A stretch of 64,000 bases of DNA from Octopus bimaculoides (lineage: Eukaryota), in contig NC_068997.1 in NCBI RefSeq assembly GCF_001194135.2, forward strand, positions 46,162,698-46,226,697, written 5' to 3'. This document shows positions 39,201 to 49,384 of this stretch, piece by piece. A model generated the notes under the pieces. The model had not been told where the DNA came from, made no database searches, and saw only the letters and a list, made by a program, of their open reading frames with translations. Numbering within the stretch: position 1 is the first letter of the stretch; every line of letters begins with the position of its first letter. Made by a program: the position numbers and the translations under genes.

Positions 39201-40635
39201 TAAATGTCAGTTGAGCTGTGGGGTTGATGTTTTTCAGTTCTCTCTCTCCTAAAATTGCCAAGCATGTGCCAAAATTTGAAACTGTTATTATTGTTTATAT
39301 TTATCATAGCATCTGAAGAAAATTGGAAGAAACTGTCTCTGGATCTCTGCTATTCAAGCGTCACAGAACTGAACAAGTATTGGCAACTGAGCCATCAGCT
39401 ACAGCTAAAAATATTGTCCGCTCATCTTTTGGAGTTGTTTGCTAATAGCTTGATGTCTCTCCTGACATCATCTGACATACCAAGAAGGTAACGAGTTTCG
39501 TTTCTTAGTATTTTAATTAACCTCATTTTGTCATTGAGAGATTATTTTGGTCTTTGTTATGTATCTTTGTTTCAAAATAAAAGAAGTATAAAAAAACCAC
39601 ATTATTTATCAGATGACCCAATATTTATATGGTTATGTATTTGCATGAATGAGAAGATTGCATGTTTGAGTTTTCTTATAATATTTCCATGTTAACCACG
39701 AGGTTTCTATGCAGCTTGCAAGACTGGACCTTGAGTAGGGTGGAAGAATTTCATGCTAGGTTAATAAAGAATAGAGAAGGGTGAAGTGCGAGAGAAATGG
39801 GCTGGAACAGAATAGGTTTCTTGCTGAAGAACTACATGACTACTTGTGTTTTATATGTGAGCGTTTGGGTGGGGGAGGCTGAAAAGTGATATAATTGGTA
39901 ATGAATTGTTAGAGTAAACCGTCAGGGTACATTAGTGGGTAGGAATGAGTGGGGATTATCTGATAGTCTAGAGCAGCAAAATAGAAAATGATACAGTAAA
40001 CAGGTGTATGAAAGAGAGATGACATACTGTTGAGCAAGTTGCAGGAGTGGATGTGGGAAGAGAGAGAGAGAGAGGGGGGCAGGAGCAGTGTATGAAAAAG
40101 GGTGGGATGGATGGTGGTGGTGGTGGAGGAAAGATAATTTGGTAGAACTTTCATCTCTGTAGAGCCCTGGCAAAGATAAGAGAAATAGCAGTAATACACT
40201 GATGTGTTAAATCTATTTACTGTATTGAAGTTTATGAGTTTTGATTAGTTTTTCTGCTGCAAGAAAGAGAGAGAGCTAATGTCTTGGGATAGGATAGTGA
40301 TTTAAAACCTTTCCTTCCAAGGAAAAGAGCAGCCCTGAAGCATTAGAGATCTCTTCTCTGCATGATTTACAAACATCCAACCTAATCAGTTTTACTGAAT
40401 AAATTTTTGATGGTGCAGACTATCGCCATCTGTTTTTATTATATGTTAATTGCCAAAAGTATCTTGTTCTTTATATGACTTTGTGCTGAAGACAGAAATT
40501 ATTTTATTTATTTTTTCTGTTTTTTTTTCTTCTTTTAGTGACAGAATGATTATCTTCCGAATACTTCAAGGTATTTTGTGGCACAATGGAGAGCAGTTTC
40601 CCACATTACTTAAACCCAGAGGTTCCACTAGTTAA
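28603..40635 (+). CDS. TEDC2: Tubulin epsilon and delta complex protein 2 (TEDC2/C16orf59)-like protein
   Basis: Phase-consistent exons 28603-28655 (tentative first exon), 30695-30793, 31593-31702, 31892-31980, 32713-33206, 34614-34743, 35937-36042, 36811-36915, 39310-39487, 40539-40635 (1461 nt, 486 aa). CSLTKEQLAEIELIDQVLKKA matches TEDC2 CTPSPQDLKELEFLTQALEKA. LCYSSVTELNKYWQLSHQLQLKILSAHLLELFANSLMSLL...IFRILQGILWHNGEQFPTLLK matches the TEDC2 C-terminal LVYSSTQEL...RAVHSLLCEGG..LTILR pattern. Confidence 0.75.
29895..30050. promoter_or_regulatory. CpG-rich promoter-like motif cluster (YY1, NRF1 x2, ETS)
   Basis: GCCGCCATCTTG (YY1 site, minus orientation), TGCGCATGTGCA and CGCATGCGCA (NRF1-like), and CGGAAGT (ETS) all within about 90 bp in AT-rich DNA. 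Confidence 0.6.
30167..30661 (-). mobile_element. 5' remnant of a mariner transposon
   Basis: TA followed by TIR TTGGGTTGGCAAGTAAGTAAT at 30661-30639. The transposase N-terminus MECKNKQFHHILL...KEMCEVYNVDCLTERTCQK.F...DFSLEDDQCSGRPTEVDDDQIKAII...IAKKLNVSHT..ENHL is truncated at about 30167. Confidence 0.85.
32290..32625. repeat. CA-rich degenerate minisatellite with a period of about 130 bp
   Basis: cacataagtgta..caggcatg...atacatgcacaca.gtgcaa.ttg repeated at about 32346 and 32477. Confidence 0.6.
36160..36243. repeat. Compound (TG)/(CA)/(TA) microsatellite
   Basis: Directly visible; similar microsatellites at 13410-13500, 35180-35210 and 61540-61562. Confidence 0.9.
36497..36735 (+). mobile_element. 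tRNA-headed SINE (second family)
   Basis: ggcgagctggcagaaatgttagcacg...gagttcaaattc...gcaataaag; two inverted tandem copies at about 61600-62010 and further copies at 35390-35570 and 56750-56960. Confidence 0.75.
37545..37800 (-). mobile_element. Degenerate RTE-clade LINE reverse transcriptase fragment
   Basis: Minus-strand translation resembles QEK.LAKSKPLYLAF..LEKA..RV...V.WW.LRKL; many stops. Confidence 0.45.
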
Positions 40636-41984
40636 CAGTTGTTACCTATCAATTGCCATGTGGAAGAGCAATGAATTTATATCCAAAATTGGGAGGAAAG
40701 CCCTTTGGAGTAAGTCAACTTTTACTCACATCTGATGGAACTGAAGAAGAAAACTTCAGGGTAGAAGACTTGATTATGGCTTTTCATAAAATGATAGCAC
40801 AATTGACTGACTTTTCATGAATTCTATCACTTAAGTGTGGTTTCGTCTTGGTGGGAAGGGTCACACATATTTAACCTGCTGTTAATAGGAGAACATGCAG
40901 CTTTCTGTGAACAGGAAGATGTGTGTGATTTTACCTTAACAATGGAAAATCCCTATCCAGGGAGATCTCCATCAATAGCAGTGGAAGGTAAGGTGAGCAT
41001 TCCTCTGTATTTATGTTGGTATTTTGACTGTGGGGAGTGCTGAGAGGTTTTTTTTTGGTATGGGTTTTGTATCAGGGCCTGTTGGTCTTGGTAGTGGTGA
41101 TGATGATGCTTCTGTATTTGTTGCTTTGGATTTTGCTGTTGTGTTTGAGGTGTTGGCAATGAAGGCACTTCTTCCTTTCGATCTTTGTTCTGGGAAGAAA
41201 ACCCTTAAGCGCTTAAAAGTACCACATAATGTACAAATTTGATGTATTTTCATGTATGTGACTTAAGAAATAATGAAATTATCAAAAGATGAGAAGTGAA
41301 AAATCTTGCATAAATGTAGGACACAGCTTTTGGCTACAACAAGAATAATCTCTATAGAGAGCTGAATGCTGGGGTTTCTATAAGCTGACTAAAAAAATTC
41401 TAGAACATTCCATAAAACCTTTACATGTGAAAATTAAGTTTTTCTTTTTGTCTGTCAAAAACTGGCATCAAAGATTGGCTATCAAATATGTTGGTTGGTA
41501 TTATAATAGAGTCCAGGGATATAGTCAAAATTAATTCCACTTGACATTATCAAATATTGTAATCATCATCAACATTGTTTGACGTCCGCTTTCCATGCTA
41601 GCATGGGTTAGACGATTTGACTGAGGACTGGCGAACCGGATGGCTGCACCAGGCTCCAAGCTCATTGTTCACTAATAGTAATTATCTCAGGTCAACATTA
41701 TCAAATATAATCATATTAGTCACCAACAGTTTTGACTTTTAAACTTACAACATTCCAAGTTTGAATTCAAGGAAGTTCTCTCTGCTACTGTATTTGTATG
41801 AATTCTTCCTAAAAGTATGTATTTGTGGCTCTTTTCTTAGCTTCCTCTTCCTTAAGGCATATGGCTACAACCATTCCATGACATTCCTCTCCTTACATTC
41901 CATATCAAAGCACTGACATCTTTCAAACATTTTTTGGCCTTTATCAGGGCTGGATTGTCTACTTTTAAGAGTTTTTATATATAT

Positions 41985-43360
41985 GTAACGGTTTATGAAT
42001 AATAACTTAGAACATTCAAAAAAAGATATGCACATGAATTTAGCAGCTTTAGTGAAATGAGTCGTCGCAGAATTTGTGCATCACAGAATGTGTACATTGC
42101 GGAATATGTAACTCTTCAACAAATAAGTGTGCAGTACAAACAGAGCAATACAGTAAGCAAAAATAACAAACTTAGCTGAAAATAGCGTCCTTTGTGAAAA
42201 ATCTACTGCTGAAAGTGAAAAGAAGTGCATGCAAAGAAAAAGAGTTGTTGAAAGTCTATGTGAGAGTCTTATGCACGTGCAAAAAAGATCATATACAATG
42301 CAGGGCCTGTATGCCAGGACGAGATGCAAAGTGTGTGTGTGTGTGTCGAAAAGGTTGCATGTGCGGGCTTCCGTATTTTCTTCCAGTTAGTTTCTGGGCA
42401 TGTAGCTGTCGAATTGATGCATTTATCAGCGGCATTCGTTGTGCGTCGGCTATATTGCATTGTTGTGATGTGCATCGCAGTGTAGAGCTTTTTGTAGCAG
42501 GTCGATGGAGGGTGCATGTTGGTGGTGACGAAGGTTGTCATTAATTTTCCCTTTGGTTTAGCGACTGTTGTTATTTCGTTCGAAGTCAGCAAAAATGCAG
42601 AAGGTAGTAATTCTTTCGCTCTGGGTCGACAGTTGTGACTGTTGGTAATGCAGTTTCTGAAGGCAGCGGTTCTTTTTTTACGGGGTCACCAAGTTGTTGG
42701 TAATTCAGCTTCAGAAGGCAGTGATTCTGTTTTTTTATGGGGTCACCACTTGTAACGGTTTTTGTAGGAAGGTTACCAATTGTAACGATAAATTGATTGG
42801 TTGCTATTGCAGTAATTCTCTTGTTCAGGTTCACCAATTGTACGATAATGTTTTTGTGGTTGTGATGATAATTTTGTGTAGTTACCGATTGTAACAGGTT
42901 GTAAGATGAACGATGAACAGTGATCGAAGTTGTAAAGAAATATTTATTTACCGTTATGTTAATAAATGCCATACCATGACGGGTAGGTTAGAGTAACAGT
43001 ATAACACAGTTCGTAAAGCATGCAAGGTAAAGAAAGTCGATTTCGGCCTGTATATGTGTGTACACGATTTTGTGGTATTAAACAGATAAAGATAGGGTAA
43101 TGTTAGCGAGAAAAGGGAATGAGCTAGTCAAAGTTGTATAGTGTGGGACGTTGTCTCACAGTGGCTGCCAGTAAACTTCATTTCTCCCTCTGGCCAAGGT
43201 TCTAGCTGGTCAGCCAGACTGTGTTGTCACTGAGTCGTCACCGACTAGTGACTAAACTGGTTGAGTCATCACCGACTGGTGACTGAACTGTTGAGTCGTC
43301 ACCGACTGGTGACTAAACTAAATTTTTCTTGGGATTTCCTTGCTTTTATAACAATCCAGA
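41985..43360 (-). mobile_element. LTR-like segment with TATA box, 31-bp repeats and PBS array, followed by a non-coding internal region ending in an LTR-end motif
   Basis: On the minus strand: TTATAAAAG at about 43345, repeats at 43231-43320, AATAAA at about 42945, repeated CGTTACA-TGGTGACCC units at 42620-42900, and a terminal CCGTTACA at about 41985. Confidence 0.55.
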
Positions 43361-43369
43361 AGGATAGCT

Positions 43370-46350
43370 ATCCAGCCTGATATACCAAAGCGTGACAGAC
43401 TGATTCAGCGGAGATGTCTGCAAAGGGAATGGCTTCAGGCTGTAGTGGAAAAGGTGTAGCAAAAGATATTGCGGTAGCAGATGAAATAGGCATGTGGACA
43501 ACTTCAGAGTAAAACAATGGGAAAACATTGGGTTATAGTTCAAAATAATTTATTTAAACGACTCTTGCATTTACTTGTTGTATACACCAAAAATTTCACT
43601 ACATCACATTACCAACTGTTTCAAGCTGGCAAAGAAATTAACAGGATAAATACTGTGTTGATGTGATAGGGTAGAACTGGACGTTTTGTGTCTGTGTGTG
43701 CATTGGTCATTCAGTAGTGTGTGTTTTTGTTCTTCGACTACGACTGTCATTCATGTTGAATATCCGTCTGTGTTGTTCAGGGACATATGGGTTCTCGTGT
43801 CCTGTGGAAACATCACACCATATTTGACCGGTTGAAGAAGATAGTGGGCAGAGTTGGAATTTGAGGGACGATGAATTTCGTAACTTATTAAGTTCTTCGT
43901 CGTCCTCTTGGTCCGCTGCGATCTGCTGTAACTCAATCGGTTCCGAAGTATGCAGTGCATTAAGATGGGCGCGGGACAAGGTGTCTGCGGCCGTGTTATC
44001 GGAACCTTTAATGTACCGAATATCAGTTGAATATTGAGAGATAAAATCAAGGTGACAGATTTGTCTCGGAGAATGTCAGTCATTCTTCGTTTTAAAAGCA
44101 TAAACCAGTGGTTTGTGATCTGTGTAGATGCTGAAGGCAGTCCCCTCAAGCATATGGCGAAAATGTTTAACAGAAAGGTATGCAGCGAGTAGTTCTTGTC
44201 CGAAAGTGCTGTATTTAACTTCTGCGGGCTGTAGTCACTTGGAGAAGAAAGATAGTGGTTGCCAAATTCCATCTACAAACTGTTGCAGGATGCCGCCGAT
44301 TCCAATCTGAGAGGCATCGACCAGTAATGCGAGTGGAGCATCATGTTTGGGATGAACTAGCATCTTATGACAGTGTCGATGAAACGCTGAAATGTTTGTG
44401 CCCTATTTCGTAATCCAAACGGCATTCGCAAGGATTGATATGCACCAAAAGGAGTGGCAATTGTGGTTTTGGGGACATCGGCCGGTTCAACGGGTATTTA
44501 TTGTAGGCCCGAATTAAATCTATTTTGGAGAAAATCCGTGTTCCGTTCAGCGAAGCAGAAAAGTCCTGCAAGTATGGTACGGGATAAGTGTCAACCACTG
44601 TAGCTTTGTTGAGAGCTCTGTAATCTCAGCATGGACGCCAACTGTTTGTTTCCTTCTTAGGAACTAAATGAAGGGGGCTGGACCAACTGCTGTTCAACGG
44701 TTGAATGATCCCTAGATCTAGCATGTGCTGAAATTCCTGCTTTGCTATGCGCTAGCGGTCTGGGGGCAGTCTTCTCGGTCGCAATGCTACTGGTGGGCCT
44801 GTGATCTTGATATGATGCATGATGCCATGTTTAATCTCGGTGTTTCTAAATACCGGTCTTGTGATATCCGGAGACTGGCGAAGAACATCCAAGTAACGTC
44901 CAGTGTGGGGAGATAGAACGATTGATCCGACTGTGGGTATTCGTGCGGTAATGCTGTGCACAGTTAGATTGGTGGTGCTATCTACAAGTCTGCGTCGTTT
45001 AACATCGACCAAAAGACCAAAGTGGTGTAGAAAGTCGGCTGCTATTATTGGTGTTGGTAATTTGGCAACAACGAAAATCCACTGAAATACTCGTCGAACA
45101 CCTAAATTCAGAGTCAAGGACTGTTTGCCAAAAGTCTGAATGGGAGACTGGTTAACTGCTTGGAGAAAAGTTGGCGTCTGTTTCCTGTGGCCTGAGGTTA
45201 GTGAAACGGGGAGGATGCTACTCTCGGCTCCGGTATCCATGAGAAAACGGGTACGTGAAGTACGGTCGTGAATATACAACAGACGACTTTTGTTGACTCG
45301 GCCAGGTACGTTCGTCATCCTTATGTCCTGGCTTGGTCGTTTCCCGAATTATGAGGGATGTTGATTTTGTATGAGCAGGGTGGCTTGCATGAACGTGCGT
45401 GCTTTCCGAATTTCGTGTGGTAGAAGCATAATCCGGAACAGCGAGTGGCGTCTAATAAAATGCCGGTATGGACTGTGGTCACGAGACGAACGGTCATGCA
45501 CTATTAACTCCTGCAACTGTGCTGCAAGTGTCTGGATCTGTGCAGGCTGTTGCACTATTAACGCGCGTAGTTCCAACATCTCAGAGGATTTCGGAAGGTT
45601 GGTGAAAGGGTTGGTCGAAGATGCTACTGGTGTAACGGTAGCAAAGGGGTTTGTCGACTCAGTAATTCTATCGGCCATTTCTGCAAGTTCCTCTATGGTG
45701 GTAGATTCCTTCGTCAATGCCAAAATGACTTGCGTGTTAGCAGGCAATCGCTTAACGAAAATCTGTTTCAGGATGCGATCTGGGAGGTTGTTGTCTCCGA
45801 GCAACTGTCGCATCCGGCGTAATAATTGTGATGGGGTTTTGTCCCCCAATTCCTCGGAAATCAAGAGTTGGTGCAATCGCCATTGCTCCGACTCGCTTGT
45901 CCTTTTTATCAGCTCCGATTTGGAAGGTTCATAAGACACAGAACCTGGTGGGGCCATGACGAATTCCCTCACTTCCATCATAATTTCTGGCGACAGAGCG
46001 TCGATTAAATGAATTAATTTCGCCGTATCTGTGGTTACGTGGTTGGAGGCAAACTGTGCTTCGATGTGAGCAAACCAGAGGGTGGGGTCAAATGACCAAA
46101 ATGGTGGCACTCTTAATGAAATAGCAGCTTGGGGAAGCGCCAGATCGCCAGAAGATGATGCTGGGTCTTGATTGGTCTGATGCATGTATAAACAGGTGCT
46201 TTTTTAAAAATATTTTTTTATAAATAGAATTAAAGTTTTGTTTGCTGTAAAGTTATAGGTAAATGTGGCTGTCCATCACAAAACCCAAACCCATTTTTCT
46301 TAACAGGGTCAACAGATATAAGATATTTGGTTGAAGTCGAGGGTCACCAG
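43370..46350 (-). mobile_element. Dead Ty3/Gypsy unit: PBS, gag, protease, partial RT, RNase H, partial integrase
   Basis: PBS TGGTGACCC at 46349-46341. gag ORF 46185-45349 (VPPFWSFDPTLWFAHIEAQF...EELGDKTPSQLLRRM). Protease FLMDTGAESSILP. RT DTYPVPYLQDF...FSKIDLIRAY, then a jump from FQRFIDTV to RNase H (APLALLVDAS), so the YxDD core is deleted. Integrase PEAIPFADISAESV at about 43430. Confidence 0.9.
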
Positions 46351-46439
46351 ATATAAGGTATTTGGATTCTGCCACGGAGGAAGCCGATGTTCAATTTACG
46401 TGTTTGCTGACTATACTGTTTTGGTGTCTCTCTTGTTTA

Positions 46440-48470
46440 TAATCAGGTGTAGAATTGGTCCCTGTCAACGATATGGCCGAGGAAAGGCAGAGATGAGACA
46501 CCAAAAATACATTTACTGGTCTTGATTAAGATGCTGTAGTCAGCCAACCACTGGAATACTTGATCTAAATGCTTTTCATGTTCGGCTTCGGATTTGCTTG
46601 CTACCGATATATTGTCGATGTTCGCATACACGAATGGTAAGCCCCTAAGTTACGGTATCCATAAAACGCTGGAATGTCTGCGCTGTGTGATGGAGACCGA
46701 AGGGCATCTGCAAACACTCGAATAGCCCGAAGGGTGTGGCAATTGCCGTTTTTGGAACATCTGCAGGTTCAACGAGTATCTGGTTGTAGGCCCGCACTAG
46801 GTCGATTTTAGAAAAAATCTGTGCTCCGTTCAGTGAACGAGAAAAATCCTGCAAGTATGGAATCGGATAAGTATCGGCCACTGTAGGTTTGTTGAGGGCT
46901 CTGAAGTCTCTGCATGGATGCCAGCCGTTCGTCTCTTTCTTAGGTACCAAATGTAGCAGACTGGACCAACTGCTGCTGGATGGTCGAATGATCCCCAGAT
47001 CTAACATATGCTGAAATTCTTGTTTAGCGACCCACAGGCGGTCTGGAGGCAGTCTTCGCGGTCGTGAGGCAACAGGTGGGCCGGTGGTTTCGATATGGTG
47101 CGTAATCCTGTGCTTGATATCCTTGTGTTTGAACAGTGGTCGGGTGATGTCCGGATATTTACGGAGGAGCGCTTCGTATCGGCTGGTCTCTGTACGTAAC
47201 ATGACTGGACCTACTGTGGACATACGTGCGGTTATACCACGTACAGTGAGGTCAGTTGTTGTATCGACAAATCTACGTTTCTTCACGTCGACCAGGAGGC
47301 AGGAGTGGGTAAGTTTACTATGACGAAAATCCACTGGAAAGCGCGACAAAGGCCTAAATTTAACGTGAGGGATTGCTCACCAAAAGTCTGGATGGGTGAT
47401 TGATTAACAGCCTGAAGAAAGGCCAGCGTTTGTTTTTTGTGTCCCGAGGTTAGTGAGACGGGGATGATGCTAACTTCAGCCCCAGTGTCCACAAGAAAAC
47501 GGGTACCTGTAGTACAATCCATTATGAAGAAAAGGCGACTCTGTTTACCTGCGCCAGGAGCGACCGTCACCCCTAAAACCTGGCTTGGTCATTTTCCGGG
47601 CCAGCGGGAGTATGACTGTGGAAGGAACAGGGTGGCCTGCAGGAAAGTGTGTTTTTGCCGTATTTCCTGTGGAAATAGCAAAACCGAGGAAACCGCCAGT
47701 TGACGCTAGGGCTCCTCGAACATCTTCTATGAAAGCATCGGGGTTGGTTGCCCTTGTGCGGTGAGCGGCTGCGACATGTCAGCCCATGCAATTGCACCGA
47801 GAGTGTCTGAATCTGTGCTGCCTGTTGAGCCAGGAGTACACGTAGTTCCAGCAGTTCCGAAGAATCCGAAGAAGCAGCAAAAGGATTGGTGGAAGATATT
47901 GGCGCCATTGTCGAGAAGGGGTTGGCTGCCTCAGCGATTTGATCCGCTATCTCGGCCAGTTCATCGACAGTGGCCGACTCTTTTGTAGATGCCAGAATCA
48001 CTTGTGCATTGGCAGNNNNNNNNNNNNNNNNNNNNNNNNNNNNNNNNNNNNNNNNNNNNNNNNNNNNNNNNNNNNNNNNNNNNNATATCTGTTTGAATAT
48101 CCCGTCTGGCAAGGTGCGATCACCTAACAGTTGTTTCATCCTTCGTAATAGTTGAGACAGAGTTTTATCTCCCAGCTCTTCGGAAATTAAGAGTTGGTGT
48201 AGTCGCCATTGCTCTGAGACGGAGGTCCTTTTAATCAGTTCGTTCTTAAGTGTCGTAAGACACGGAACCTGGTGGGGCCATAATCAAGTCCCTGACCTCC
48301 ATCATTATTTCAGGAGAAAGGTCACCAATTAAGTGCGTTAATTTCGCTGCATTGCTCGTTATTCTATTCGCAGCAAACTGAGCCTCGACGTGGGCGAACC
48401 AGAGGGCTGGATCGAAAGACCAGAAGAATGGCAATTTTATGGAAATTGCGGCCTGTTATGTGTTGATGTA
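46440..48470 (-). mobile_element. Second Gypsy unit of the same family: gag, protease, RT (truncated)
   Basis: gag PFFWSFDPALWFAHVEAQF; protease FLVDTGAEVSIIP; RT ORF 47349-46645 (LGIIRPSSSSWSSLLHLVPKK...FSKIDLVRAYNQI...MPFGL...FQRFMD). The catalytic motif reads IDN instead of IDD. Confidence 0.9.
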
Positions 48471-49370
48471 GGCATTCATGTAAGAAGCTGGGTAGGTTAA
48501 AAGTTGGGACTTACCCGAAAAACTTGCACAGACCAGCGAACAATTCTTCCCGATTTGGTGTGCCGGGGTTGTGCAGAATCTGTAGTGTTTGCTGGGGTTG
48601 GTGAATCCGTTCGAGAAACGGAGGGAACTGAATGTAAGCCCTCCTCGATGAAGGCTTTTTTCAGACGATCAATCGATACTGTATTTCGTTTACCTCCGAT
48701 ATCGAGAACGAAATACTTGGGTTCTCTTTTGATGACTTTGTACGGCCCGGAATATGGTGGCTGAAGTTAAGATGGTATGCCATCGTTTCTCACGAAAACA
48801 TGAGTCCAAGTGTTGATATTCTTTGGAACATGTGAAATGACATTCTGTTGTCTGGGGCCTGCAGGTGACAAATGCGACATGGATGTCCGCAATCGGTGCA
48901 CATATTGTGCTGGGTCAGGAAGGTGTGATGAAATAGGTTCGATCATCTGCCCAGGTGAGGTGAGTGCTGTGCCATAGACGAGTTCTGCTGGAGTATGTCC
49001 AACTTCCTACTTAACCGTGGATCGAATACCAAGTAGGATGAGGGGGAGATTTTACGGAAATTGCAGCCTAAGGCAGTGCCATGTGTACAGAAGAAGAGGA
49101 TGCAGGCGTGTCTTGCTCCGGAAAGTGCATATATAATAAAAAAGGTGGTGGTAATTTCTCTTTACACGGGGTCACCAAGTTGTTGGTAATGTAGCTTCAG
49201 AAGGCAGTGGTTCTTTTTTCATGGGGTCACCAATTGTAACGGTTAGCTTTTAATTGTTGTAGTGATTTGTATTATGATGCAACGTCGAGATCGCCAGTTT
49301 GTAACGATAAAGTTTTTAGTTGATGTTGAGGGTCACCAATTGTAACGGTTAAGGTTACCAGTTGTAGTGG
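48470..49370 (-). mobile_element. Non-autonomous Gypsy unit: PBS array, gag stub fused to integrase C-terminus
   Basis: After the last PBS (49177-49168), MHFPEQDTPASSS..AAISV is joined directly to LPLILLGIRSTVK.EVGHTPAELVYGTAL and PPYSGPYKVIKREPKYFVLDIGGKRNTVSIDRLKKAF. Confidence 0.8.
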
Positions 49371-49384
49371 GAGAAATTTGATTT

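Noticed and set aside
40840-41260. Possible LINE ORF1 or zinc-knuckle fragment on the minus strand
   Set aside because: Only vague low-complexity similarity; not enough to name.
42620-43320. Repeat-spacer patterns as a CRISPR array
   Set aside because: Eukaryotic context, no cas genes, degenerate repeats, and the repeats are explained as LTR-end/PBS or LTR repeats.
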